The notes under the pieces: model-generated
Database searches by the model: none
The model's input: only the letters and a program-made list of their open reading frames with translations
What the model was told of the DNA's origin: nothing
From: an uncultured Candidatus Saccharibacteria bacterium
Lineage (GTDB): Bacteria > Patescibacteriota > Minisyncoccia > Phycocordibacterales > GWA1-40-21
Assembly (NCBI GenBank): GCA_964613715.1
Contig: CAZTJK010000004.1
Span: 3,834-67,833 of the forward strand
Direction: 5' to 3'
DNA length: 64,000 nucleotides
Position numbers and translations under genes: made by a program
Part shown: in pieces, positions 37,574 through 46,285 of the stretch
Numbering within the stretch: position 1 is the first letter of the stretch
Layout: the number at the start of each line of letters is the position of its first letter

Positions 37574-38503
37574 ATGGAAAAAACAAAAACAACCGCAAAA
37601 GATTTCTTCCTCTGTCTTGGCATCGGCATCGGCCTCTATACGAGTACGATCAGTTTTCTCGTGCTCGCCTTCCAGATCACCGACTATCTTTTTCCGCTTT
37701 CAGGCGAATACCTTTCAGTGGATGGCATGATTCGGAGCTCGATCGCCGCGCTCGTCATCTTCTTCCCTGTCTTCCTGTATCTCCTGAAGCTTGGCAATGA
37801 CGACCTGGCCGCGCATCCGGAAAAGAAAGACATCTGGGTCCGGCGCTGGATGATCTATCTCACCCTCTTTCTCGCCGGCCTTGCCATGGCGATAGACCTC
37901 GTTACGCTCGTGTACCGCTTCCTCGGTGCCGAAGACCTGACCCTGCGCTTTTTCCTGAAAGTCGCGCTCGTCTTCGTGACGGCGCTCGTCGTCTTCCGCT
38001 CAATGCTCGCCGATCTGCGCCGCACGGCATTCGCCGTCACGCGGTGGATGAAAGTTGAGACGATCATCACTGCAGTTGTCCTGCTTGCAGCGGTTGTCGG
38101 CGGCGTATGCATCATCGGCTCCCCTGCCGCGCAGCATGCAAAGCAGCTTGATGCGACACGTGTGAGTGATCTCGCAAGCATTCAGAATCAGATCGTGTAT
38201 ACACAATGGACAAACAAAGGCATGGTGCCAGAGACGCTCGACGCGCTGAAAGACCCGATCTCAGGCTATACGCTGCCGACCGATCCTGAGACGCATGCAG
38301 CCTACGAATACGCGAAGCTCTCAAAGAACAGCTTCGAGCTCTGCGCCACCTTCTCGACAGCAAGCGATGCAGTAGCAAATGGCAGCACGCGCGCCGCCTA
38401 TCCGAACATGCCGGAAAATGAGAATTGGCAGCACCCGGCCGGCCATGCCTGCTTTACGAGAACGATAGACCCGACACTCTATAAGGTAGCGCCAGTGAAA
38501 TAG
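37574..38503 (+). CDS. DUF5671-like membrane protein with C-terminal extracellular domain
   Basis: AKDFFL, VRRWMIYLTLF, DLVTLVYRFL, RVSDL, DPET..YEY..FELCATF. Confidence 0.8.
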   Translation: MEKTKTTAKDFFLCLGIGIGLYTSTISFLVLAFQITDYLFPLSGEYLSVDGMIRSSIAALVIFFPVFLYLLKLGNDDLAAHPEKKDIWVRRWMIYLTLFLAGLAMAIDLVTLVYRFLGAEDLTLRFFLKVALVFVTALVVFRSMLADLRRTAFAVTRWMKVETIITAVVLLAAVVGGVCIIGSPAAQHAKQLDATRVSDLASIQNQIVYTQWTNKGMVPETLDALKDPISGYTLPTDPETHAAYEYAKLSKNSFELCATFSTASDAVANGSTRAAYPNMPENENWQHPAGHACFTRTIDPTLYKVAPVK

Positions 38504-38506
38504 GAA

Positions 38507-38545
38507 AATAAAAAGCCGGGCCGCTCTGCGGCCCGGCTTTTTATT
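38507..38545. terminator. Bidirectional terminator
   Basis: AATAAAAAGCCGGGCCGC-TCT-GCGGCCCGGCTTTTTATT. Confidence 0.8.
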
Positions 38546-38551
38546 GTTCGC

Positions 38552-38803
38552 TTACGAGAGGTGCTTAGAGACGAGCTTCGTCATCTCGAACATGTTCACC
38601 GTATCCTTGCCGAAAATGACTTTGAGATTCGCATCGGCATTGATATTGCGCTTGTTCTTCGCGTCCTGAAGACCGTTCTTCTTGATGTATGCCCAGAGCG
38701 CCTTCACCACTTCCGAGCGAGGCATTGGGCCCTTGCCGACGATCTTTGCGAGATCGGCGCTGACATTGAGGGGCTTCATAAACGCTGAACCTTTTGCTGC
38801 CAT
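38552..38803 (-). CDS. Stand-alone SWIB/MDM2 domain protein
   Basis: SADLAKIVG..PRSEVVKALWAYIKKNGLQD..NINAD..MFEMTKLVSKHL; start corrected to 38803. Confidence 0.93.
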   Translation of the reverse strand: MAAKGSAFMKPLNVSADLAKIVGKGPMPRSEVVKALWAYIKKNGLQDAKNKRNINADANLKVIFGKDTVNMFEMTKLVSKHLS

Positions 38804-38891
38804 ATAGTTTTGCTTAAATAAGATTACTGCTAATAAGTACCCTCTAAGGCTAGCATGGAATGCCTCTTTTGGGTATAGGCGGCTTGAGAGG

Positions 38892-39314
38892 CTATTTTCC
38901 GCTGCTGCCAAAGCCTGCTGCTCCCCGCTTCGTATCGGAAAGCTCTGCAACCTCCTGAAATTCAGCTGTTTCCTTTTTCTGAATGAGCATCTGCGCCACC
39001 TTATGCCCTTTTGCAAAGGTATATACTTTTTCGCTCAGGTTCACCAGCCCGATGAGCAACTCGCCGCGATAGCTCGAGTCCACGACTCCGCCGATCGTCT
39101 TCACTCCTTCCTTGATACCAATACCGCTTTTGTCCCACACGAGGCCGACATATCCTTCGGGAATCTCGAGTGCAATGCCGGTCTTTACCGCTTTTCGCTC
39201 GCCCGGCTGCAATGTCGTATCCTCTATCGCAAGAAGGTCAAATCCCGCATCATCATGATGCGCATAGCTCGGCATTTTTGCATCCGGATGCAGCTTTTTA
39301 ATTTTTAAAATCAT
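38892..39314 (-). CDS. dut: dUTP diphosphatase
   Basis: AGFDL, KSG, GVVDSSYRGE, KVAQ, RGAAGFGSSG; start corrected to 39314. Confidence 0.96.
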   Translation of the reverse strand: MILKIKKLHPDAKMPSYAHHDDAGFDLLAIEDTTLQPGERKAVKTGIALEIPEGYVGLVWDKSGIGIKEGVKTIGGVVDSSYRGELLIGLVNLSEKVYTFAKGHKVAQMLIQKKETAEFQEVAELSDTKRGAAGFGSSGK

Positions 39315-40483
39315 TTCCGAAGAATCTGATCGATTTTCTTCGCGAGTTTTACCATATCCTTCTCTTTCGCGCCACGAGTGGTCTCGCCGGCCGTGCCGAG
39401 GCGGATGCCAGATGGATCGAAAGCGCTTCGCGTCTCGTTCGGAATAGTATTCTTGTTGACGATAATGCCGGCTTTCTCGAGCTTCACGCTCGCCTCTTCG
39501 CCCGACATGCCTTTCCCGTCCATCCACGTATCAACGAGGATGAGATGGCTGTCCGTACCGCCGGAGACGATCTTCCAGCCAAGCTTCTTGAGCTCCTCCG
39601 CGAGCACTTTCGCGTTCTTCACCACCTGTTGTGCGTACTTCTTGAATGCCGGGCTTGCCGCTTCCTTGAGCGCCACGGCCACTGCTGCAATCTGATTCAT
39701 ATGCGGCCCGCCCTGAAGCCCCGGGAATACCGCCTTGTCTATCTTCGCACCGAGTTCGCGGCTATCTACTTTTGAGAAAATGAGCGCGCTTCGCGGGCCA
39801 CGCAAAGTCTTGTGCACCGTCGTCGTCACGATATCAGCATATGGAAATGGCGATGGGTATGCACCGCCGGCAACAAGCCCGGCGAAATGCGACATGTCCA
39901 CCATCAAGAGCGCGCCGCATGCGTCCGCGATCTCGCGGAATTTCTTGAACTCGACGACACGCGGATAGGCTGTAAATCCCGCGATAATCATATTCGGCTT
40001 CTCGGCAATCGCGAGTTTTTTTATTTCTTCGTAGTCGATACGCTCGGTATTCTTGTCGACGCCGAATGGTACCTGGGTCCAGATCTTTCCTGTTGCAGAT
40101 ACTTTATGACCATGCGTCAGATGCCCGCCATGAGAAAGGGTCATGCCCATCACTTTTCCACCTGGCGGCACGAGCGCGAGATACACGGCAAGATTCGCCG
40201 GCGAACCTGAAAGCGGCTGCACATTCACATACCACTCTCCTGCTTTCAGGCCAAATGCTTTGAGTGCGCGAGCTTGCGCAAGCTTCTCGAGCTTGTCAGT
40301 GAATGTCTGGCCTTTATAGTAGCGCTTGTCCGGATAGCCTTCCGAATACTTGTTCGTGAATTTCGAGCCGAGCGCTTCAAGCACATCGTCCGAGACATAG
40401 TTTTCCGAGGCGATGAGCGATATCGTCTTTTTCTGCCGTGCCTCCTCGGCCTTGATGAGCTTTTTTATTTCTGCATCTTTCAT
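39311..40483 (-). CDS. glyA: Serine hydroxymethyltransferase
   Basis: LIASEN, NKYSEGYP, HGGHLTHG, TTTVHKTLRGPR, FPGLQGGP. Confidence 0.98.
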   Translation of the reverse strand: MKDAEIKKLIKAEEARQKKTISLIASENYVSDDVLEALGSKFTNKYSEGYPDKRYYKGQTFTDKLEKLAQARALKAFGLKAGEWYVNVQPLSGSPANLAVYLALVPPGGKVMGMTLSHGGHLTHGHKVSATGKIWTQVPFGVDKNTERIDYEEIKKLAIAEKPNMIIAGFTAYPRVVEFKKFREIADACGALLMVDMSHFAGLVAGGAYPSPFPYADIVTTTVHKTLRGPRSALIFSKVDSRELGAKIDKAVFPGLQGGPHMNQIAAVAVALKEAASPAFKKYAQQVVKNAKVLAEELKKLGWKIVSGGTDSHLILVDTWMDGKGMSGEEASVKLEKAGIIVNKNTIPNETRSAFDPSGIRLGTAGETTRGAKEKDMVKLAKKIDQILRK

Positions 40484-40568
40484 GAATATCAGGTATTCAA
40501 ATTAGGATAGCACTAAATGTACAGGCCTGCACGCCGGATAAGAAAATGCTATGATGAAAATAATACCT

Positions 40569-41498
40569 ATGGAAGATACTGCCCGCATGAAGCCAGTGAC
40601 TGACCGAATACCTGATACTCAGTATCAGGATTTGCTCAAGCGCATTCTTAAGGAAGGAACCCGAACAAATACCCAACAGGAAACGGATGCAATAACCCTG
40701 ATAGGGCCAGGCTCAATGCATTTCAAGCTTGAAAACGGCTTTCCGATAATTACCGAGCGAAATATGAGCCCGAAAGAATCGGACAAGTTGCCGGTCACGA
40801 TCTGGAAACAGGCTATCGGTGAAATATTCGCATTCATAAATGGCGCCCGCACGCTCAAAGAACTTGAGGACTTCGGCTGCAGTTGGTGGGCGCCGTGGGG
40901 TACGGAAGAAAAATGCAAAAAGCGTGGACTAGAGACTGGCGATCTTGGTCCAGGATCATATGGCGCGGCATTCCATGATTTCCCGATGATAGACGGGGGT
41001 ACGTACAATCAATTCAAGAATATCGTGGAGCAGATCAAGGAGCAGCCACATCTGCGAACGCATTTCATCAGCCCATGGATTCCGCAATACACGATCCGCG
41101 GCAAAGGCAAGCAGCAAAAAGTGGTTGTCGCTCCCTGCCACGGCTGGATACATATCCGCATCATCGATAATAAGCTTACCTTGCATATGATGCAGCGTTC
41201 CGGCGACGTGCCAGTCGGCGTGCCGTCAAACATGGTGCAATACGCAGCACTGACCATGGCGCTCGCGCAGGTGACTGATACCATCCCTTATGAATACGTA
41301 CATACGATTTCCGACGCGCATATCTATGTCGATCAAGTACCAGCAGTGGAAATAATGCTTGCGCGAGAGCCACGGGCATTCCCGACCATGAAAATCAATC
41401 CGGAGAAAAAAGATATATTCGATTTTAGAAAAGACGATTTCGAGCTTTCTGATTACAATCCGCATCCGGGCATCAAAGCAATACCAGTCGCTATATAA
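40569..41498 (+). CDS. thyA: Thymidylate synthase (divergent ThyA)
   Basis: APCH catalytic Cys, QRSGD..GVPSN, DAHIY, IPVAI end; start placed after TGcTATGAT. Confidence 0.92.
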   Translation: MEDTARMKPVTDRIPDTQYQDLLKRILKEGTRTNTQQETDAITLIGPGSMHFKLENGFPIITERNMSPKESDKLPVTIWKQAIGEIFAFINGARTLKELEDFGCSWWAPWGTEEKCKKRGLETGDLGPGSYGAAFHDFPMIDGGTYNQFKNIVEQIKEQPHLRTHFISPWIPQYTIRGKGKQQKVVVAPCHGWIHIRIIDNKLTLHMMQRSGDVPVGVPSNMVQYAALTMALAQVTDTIPYEYVHTISDAHIYVDQVPAVEIMLAREPRAFPTMKINPEKKDIFDFRKDDFELSDYNPHPGIKAIPVAI

Positions 41499-41500
41499 TC

Positions 41501-41977
41501 ATGCCAAAGAAAGCATTCATCGTGTCTGACAATGTGCGTCCGGAAAATAAGAAAGTCTATGATACCATAGCCAAAAAAGGCCATTGCCCGTTCTGTCCAG
41601 AAAACCTATTCGCCTATCACAAAAAGCCAGTCATCGCTGAAGGAACATACTGGGTTCTGACGGACAATCAATGGCCCTACGACAAGATCAAGCATCAACT
41701 GCTGGCGATCCATAAGAAGCATATCGAGCACATCGAAGAGATGGATCCGGATGCAGCGCGAGAGCTTATCGAGCTTTTTCAGGCAGAAGCAAAAAAAAGA
41801 AGGATCCCGGGCGGGGGCATTGCCATACGATTCGGCTCAAATCCTCAACACGGCAGTTATGGCAATTCTGTCCTGCACCTGCATGCGCATCTCATAGAGC
41901 CGGATCTGGAGGCCTTGCTCCCCGATGAGGCATGGCGATTCAAATTCGGCCAGGGAAAAAACAACAAAAAAGACTGA
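41501..41977 (+). CDS. HIT-family nucleotide hydrolase
   Basis: CPFC, NQWPY, HLHAH triad; 2 nt after thyA. Confidence 0.88.
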   Translation: MPKKAFIVSDNVRPENKKVYDTIAKKGHCPFCPENLFAYHKKPVIAEGTYWVLTDNQWPYDKIKHQLLAIHKKHIEHIEEMDPDAARELIELFQAEAKKRRIPGGGIAIRFGSNPQHGSYGNSVLHLHAHLIEPDLEALLPDEAWRFKFGQGKNNKKD

Positions 41978-41982
41978 TACGA

Positions 41983-42822
41983 TCAGTCTTTTTTGACGAA
42001 AATAATTTCAATCCCTTTATTCCGCATGATGGTTTCTCCGTCGAGCACGCCATACCCTTCGCAATAATAAATTTTCTTGATGCCGGAATATGCGATCTGC
42101 TTAGCACAGGGTGGGCATGGGAATGTGGTTACATAGATCTCCGCACCATCAAGCGCAATACCCCTGCGTGCAGCTTCTGCGATAAGTCCTGCTTCAGCAT
42201 GCATGGCAGTCGAAAGTTCCAAATATTCACCCTTATGGAATGCGTTGCGCGGATCACCGTTGGCATAAGGTATATGTTCTGAAGGCACGTGTTTATTGTA
42301 TCCCGCAAGAATGACTTCCCTGCCTTTTATGATCACCGCACCCACATGCCGCCACCAATCTGAGCTCCGTTCGGACTGCTTTTCTGCAAGTGCCATAATC
42401 TTTTTTGAAAATACGTCTGCGGTCATCGTCTGATCGGCAGGCACTTTGTCAGTCTTTACTGCATTCGTCCGATCCCATCGCAGAAAAATTGGAGAAAATG
42501 ATACATGGACTTTGGGAAGATATCGTTCCGCAAATACGTGCGAAATATCGTCATCCGGCATCACAATCTCGCCAGGATATGCAGCAACCCGAGAAATAAT
42601 ATTTGACTCGAGAACTTCAACAGGCATCCCGAAATGCCAGGCATCGAGCGATGCCTTCACGAGCGCTGGATCGAGCGCACGTATCTCTTTGGAAAGATAG
42701 TCGGATTCGGCAATCAGATCCTTCCCCCAGACATAGACCTTTTCCACATCACGATTCGCATTAAGCAATTTTCGATAGCCTTCGTGCAGGACAGGGATGT
42801 ACGCAATAAGGATTTTTGCCAT
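41983..42822 (-). CDS. dCMP deaminase-like protein with extra N-terminal domain
   Basis: HAEAG, FPCPPCAK, VGAVI, GYN in the C-terminal half. Confidence 0.88.
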   Translation of the reverse strand: MAKILIAYIPVLHEGYRKLLNANRDVEKVYVWGKDLIAESDYLSKEIRALDPALVKASLDAWHFGMPVEVLESNIISRVAAYPGEIVMPDDDISHVFAERYLPKVHVSFSPIFLRWDRTNAVKTDKVPADQTMTADVFSKKIMALAEKQSERSSDWWRHVGAVIIKGREVILAGYNKHVPSEHIPYANGDPRNAFHKGEYLELSTAMHAEAGLIAEAARRGIALDGAEIYVTTFPCPPCAKQIAYSGIKKIYYCEGYGVLDGETIMRNKGIEIIFVKKD

Positions 42823-42824
42823 GG

Positions 42825-43448
42825 CTACTTGGCTTTCCGCTTGCCATCTTGTGCGCTGCCGAGCACTTCTTCGAGCAAGCCGAGGATTTTCGGCGTAAGC
42901 GATTGGCCAAGGCTTTTCGCCGTGCTGATCTGCAGTTTGCGGATCTTCGCGCTTGTCGACGTCGTGGCCTGCGGCTCAAGGACGATGACTTCTCCGGAGT
43001 ATTTTTTCAAGTCAGCGAGTTCCTTCTTGCTGTAGGTTTCTTTCGTAGCGATAAGCACATCAGGTTGGATAGTCTTAATCAGGTGCCATTTCGGATGATC
43101 GAGTTCCTTGAGAACAACAATATCGACCGGCCGCATATGGGCAACCATTTCAAGGCGCTCTTCCTGGGGCACGATCGGACGCTCAGGGCCTTTCCGCGAG
43201 CGGATCTTCTCATCACTATCGACGCCGATGACGAGTATATCGCCGTGGCGCTTGGCTTCCTCAAAATAGCGGGCGTGGCCGATATGCAACATATCGAAAC
43301 TCCCCTGTGTCAGCACGACTCTCATGCCGAGACCTTTGCAGTGGGCAATGATATCCTTCAATTTCTGATAGTCGGATATATGGCGTTTATTGAAATTCGA
43401 CTCCTGGCCGAAGATAGCATTCTCGATAGGAAGCAGGCGTTTTGTCAT
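42825..43448 (-). CDS. Cytidylyltransferase-family (TagD/RfaE-II-like) nucleotidyltransferase
   Basis: GSFDMLHIGH, GVDSD, KGPERP, ER, TSTS; start corrected to 43448. Confidence 0.88.
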   Translation of the reverse strand: MTKRLLPIENAIFGQESNFNKRHISDYQKLKDIIAHCKGLGMRVVLTQGSFDMLHIGHARYFEEAKRHGDILVIGVDSDEKIRSRKGPERPIVPQEERLEMVAHMRPVDIVVLKELDHPKWHLIKTIQPDVLIATKETYSKKELADLKKYSGEVIVLEPQATTSTSAKIRKLQISTAKSLGQSLTPKILGLLEEVLGSAQDGKRKAK

Positions 43449-43539
43449 GCTGAATATAGTACCCCTTGGAAGAATAAAATCAAGAAAGTGCTCAGCCTCG
43501 GAAAAATTAAAAAGATGTAGTATCCTAAGCCTACGAACT

Positions 43540-44031
43540 ATGGCACGCATCAACCTCATCGCAGCGATAGACAGAAAGCGGGTCATCGGCAAGGACAATG
43601 ACCTTGCCTGGAAAGGCGTACCGGGCGATATGAAGCGCTTCAAGGAGCTGACCACCGGCCACCCGGTCGTGATGGGCAGGAAGACGCTCGACTCCATGGG
43701 CAGCAAGCCACTTGTGAACCGCACGAATATCATAATCACCCGGCAAGCAGGCTTTGCACTGGCAGGCTGCATCATTGCCCACTCGGCAGATGAGGCACTT
43801 GCGATTGCAGCAAAGCTCGACAGCGAGATATTCGTGATCGGTGGCGGCGAAATATATGCGGAAATGATCGGCAAAGCAGACCGGCTCTATCTGACCGAGA
43901 TCGATGCAGAGTCGGATGGCAATATCTTCTTCCCGGATTACAGCGATTTCACGAAAATCGTTTCAAAAGAAGAAATGCCCGCAAGCGAGAAATTCCCGCA
44001 TCCGTATCGATTCCTCGTTTTGGAACGATAA
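43540..44031 (+). CDS. folA: Dihydrofolate reductase
   Basis: VIGKDNDLAW, DMKRFK, VVMGRKT, VIGGGEIY, LYLTEI; start corrected to 43540. Confidence 0.96.
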   Translation: MARINLIAAIDRKRVIGKDNDLAWKGVPGDMKRFKELTTGHPVVMGRKTLDSMGSKPLVNRTNIIITRQAGFALAGCIIAHSADEALAIAAKLDSEIFVIGGGEIYAEMIGKADRLYLTEIDAESDGNIFFPDYSDFTKIVSKEEMPASEKFPHPYRFLVLER

Positions 44032-44100
44032 GGCTGTTTGACAAGGACGCACAGGAGCGCAATACTTCATTTAGAAGCATAACTCCCAAGGAGGTAGAAC

Positions 44101-44295
44101 ATGGCTCACCCGTTAATTGAAAAGCTGGTGAAGAAGCCGCAGGGCGCCCCGAAACTCTGCGGCGACCCGAATCAGTTCCAACACTGCAGAGGCTGCGGGG
44201 TGGAAACGAATCTCGTGAAGCCCGGACATTGCCACGTGGTGGAAGGAGACAAGGCACTGAAACCGCCTTTGCCGAAAGGGAAAACGACAAGCTGA
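44101..44295 (+). CDS. Orphan Cys/His microprotein
   Basis: 64 aa; TTGACA-17-AATACT, SD AAGGAGGT, terminator at 44281-44312. Confidence 0.65.
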   Translation: MAHPLIEKLVKKPQGAPKLCGDPNQFQHCRGCGVETNLVKPGHCHVVEGDKALKPPLPKGKTTS

Positions 44296-44322
44296 TGCTT
44301 GTCGTTTTTTTTCTATACTGCG

Positions 44323-44880
44323 TTATGAATCGAGCAGCTTCGTAAGAAGCGAATCAACCTGCCGTTCAAGGTCAGCGCGAGAACCGTTATTGTCGATGGA
44401 AAGGGTCGCCGATGTCATGACGGTCGGAATATCGCGGTCGGCTTCGCTTTCGTGATCTGCCATGAATTCGTCATATGTTTTTTCGGCATCACCCTTGTTT
44501 TCATTCCGCAGGACCTGGCGGTCGAAGCGCAGCCGCGAGTCGGCATCGATCTTGATCAGGAAGAAATTCGGCAAGGCGGAAAGATGCTTGATATCCGCAA
44601 GGCGGCGCACGCCGTCGACGATGACGATATCGCCATCAAGCGACAGCGCATCATGTGCGATCATGCGTGCAAGCAGGTCCTCGCCGAAGGCGCTGCGCAG
44701 GATGGTAGAAAGCGTGGAGAGATGCTCGCGGCTTTCCGGTATGCTAATGCGGTGCAGTACATCCCGCAGCGGTGTGGAAAAGCGGCAATCTTTGGCCTGA
44801 TAGCGCTCGACCACGTATTTCTTGACAGTCCCCTTGCCGCTTGCGAGCGGGCCCGTCAGGCCGATGATGATTTTTGCCAT
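44323..44880 (-). CDS. P-loop nucleoside monophosphate kinase-like protein (dephospho-CoA/dNMP kinase-like)
   Basis: IGLTGPLASGKGT, FSTPLR, DGVRR, IDNNGS. Confidence 0.82.
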   Translation of the reverse strand: MAKIIIGLTGPLASGKGTVKKYVVERYQAKDCRFSTPLRDVLHRISIPESREHLSTLSTILRSAFGEDLLARMIAHDALSLDGDIVIVDGVRRLADIKHLSALPNFFLIKIDADSRLRFDRQVLRNENKGDAEKTYDEFMADHESEADRDIPTVMTSATLSIDNNGSRADLERQVDSLLTKLLDS

Positions 44881-44931
44881 ATGTTTTGCAGTATACCAAA
44901 AAGACGCCCGAGGGCGTCTTTGCTTTGGATC

Positions 44932-45354
44932 TTATTTGACGTCGACTCCCATTGAGCGAGCGGCGCCTTCAACCATTTTCATGGCAGCGTCGAGGTCATT
45001 GGCATTCATGTCGACGAGCTTGCGCTCCGCGATTTCCTTGACCTGTGCCTTGGTGATGGTGCCGATCTTTTTCGTGTTCGGCTTGCCAGAACCCTTTTCC
45101 TGGCCGAGCGCCTTCAGGATGAGCTTGGCAGTTGGCGGGGTCTTGAGGACGAAATCATATGAGCGGTCCTCGTAGACGGTGATGACCACTGGCAGCGTAT
45201 CGCCGATCATGGCTTTCGTCGCCGTGTTGAACTTGTTGATGAAGTCACCAATATTGATGCCGGCCTGGCCGAGCACCGGACCGACTGGCGGCGCTGGAAC
45301 GGCCTTGCCTGCCGGGATCTGGAGCTTCAATTTTTTCATTATTTTCTTCGCCAT
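44932..45354 (-). CDS. rplK: 50S ribosomal protein L11
   Basis: [22 protein letters not shown]. Confidence 0.98.
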   Translation of the reverse strand: MAKKIMKKLKLQIPAGKAVPAPPVGPVLGQAGINIGDFINKFNTATKAMIGDTLPVVITVYEDRSYDFVLKTPPTAKLILKALGQEKGSGKPNTKKIGTITKAQVKEIAERKLVDMNANDLDAAMKMVEGAARSMGVDVK

Positions 45355-45418
45355 AGTGTATATGTGTTAGGTTGTCCGAGGCCTCGATACGGTATCAAAG
45401 AAGGCCCGGAAAGTAAAG

Positions 45419-45964
45419 CTAGAGCTTGCGGATCTGCAGGAGATCAAGCTCGACCGACGTCTCGCGGCCGAACATGAGCACCATGACGCGCGCCTTGCCC
45501 TTTTCGGAATCGATCTCGCTGATCTTGCCCTCGAGATCCTTGAACGGGCCATCGATAATCTTGACCGGATCGCCAAGCGCGAAATCCACGGCGTGCGTAA
45601 CCGCCTGATTGTTCATGCGGCCGAGCAGGAAGTCGATCTCCTTCTGCGAAAGCGGCACCGGATAGACGCCTGCGCCGACGAATCCCGTTACGCGCGGCGT
45701 ATTGCGCACGACGAACCACGATTCATCCGTCACGACCATGTCAACGAGGATATAGCCCGGGTATATCTTCTCTTCTTCCTCGATGCGCTTATTACCCTTG
45801 ATCTTGATCTTCTTCTCGGTCGGCACGACGACAGCAAAAATCTTGTCGTTCATATTGAGCGAATCGATGCGCTGCTTCAGGTTGCGGGCAACGGCGTTCT
45901 CATACCCTGCATAGGTGTGGATCGCGTACCAGTGCCTGCCCTGCTCTATTGTTTGTTTTGCCAT
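45419..45964 (-). CDS. nusG: Transcription termination/antitermination factor NusG
   Basis: WYAIHTYAGYE, YPGYILV, VRNTPRVTGFVG, KOW, FGRET. Confidence 0.98.
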   Translation of the reverse strand: MAKQTIEQGRHWYAIHTYAGYENAVARNLKQRIDSLNMNDKIFAVVVPTEKKIKIKGNKRIEEEEKIYPGYILVDMVVTDESWFVVRNTPRVTGFVGAGVYPVPLSQKEIDFLLGRMNNQAVTHAVDFALGDPVKIIDGPFKDLEGKISEIDSEKGKARVMVLMFGRETSVELDLLQIRKL

Positions 45965-45982
45965 AGGTGAAAGTAAGTGGGG

Positions 45983-46165
45983 TTAGATGAGCGACTTGAG
46001 CCCGAGCGAAAAGACATAATCAAGGCCGCCGAGATATGCCGCAAGAACGAGAGAGATGAGCACGACGAGCGAGACAAATACGGTGGTCTGCGTGCGAGTC
46101 GGCCAAGAGACATGGGTCATTTCTTCCCGGGTTTCCTTGATGTAGTTTGCGAGGCGTGAAATCAT
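45983..46165 (-). CDS. secE: Preprotein translocase subunit SecE
   Basis: EMTHVSWPTR plus one TM; upstream of nusG. Confidence 0.95.
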   Translation of the reverse strand: MISRLANYIKETREEMTHVSWPTRTQTTVFVSLVVLISLVLAAYLGGLDYVFSLGLKSLI

Positions 46166-46233
46166 GTTTTTGTATTTTAAAACCCCCTGCGGGGGCTTAC
46201 ACCTTCAGAATACCAAGGATATGCAGGAAATGC

Positions 46234-46266
46234 AAGAGCGGGCGGCCCGAAGGGCCGCCCGCTCTT
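46234..46266. terminator. GC-rich hairpin after SIMPL gene
   Basis: AAGAGCGGGCGGCCC-GAA-GGGCCGCCCGCTCTT. Confidence 0.65.
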
Positions 46267-46285
46267 TTCCCCACTCAAAATCTGG

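Noticed and set aside
38552-39527. Extended SWIB and dut ORFs overlapping neighbours
   Set aside because: The extensions are non-homologous read-back; true starts are 38803 and 39314
42825-44031. Apparent long head-to-head overlap of the transferase (to 43874) and folA (from 43390)
   Set aside because: Artefact of longest-ORF calling; the recognisable domains start at 43448 and 43540, leaving a 91-nt divergent promoter gap
41983-44880. AvcD/dCTP-deaminase anti-phage system
   Set aside because: Kinase and deaminase are separate genes 1.5 kb apart within a housekeeping dTMP context
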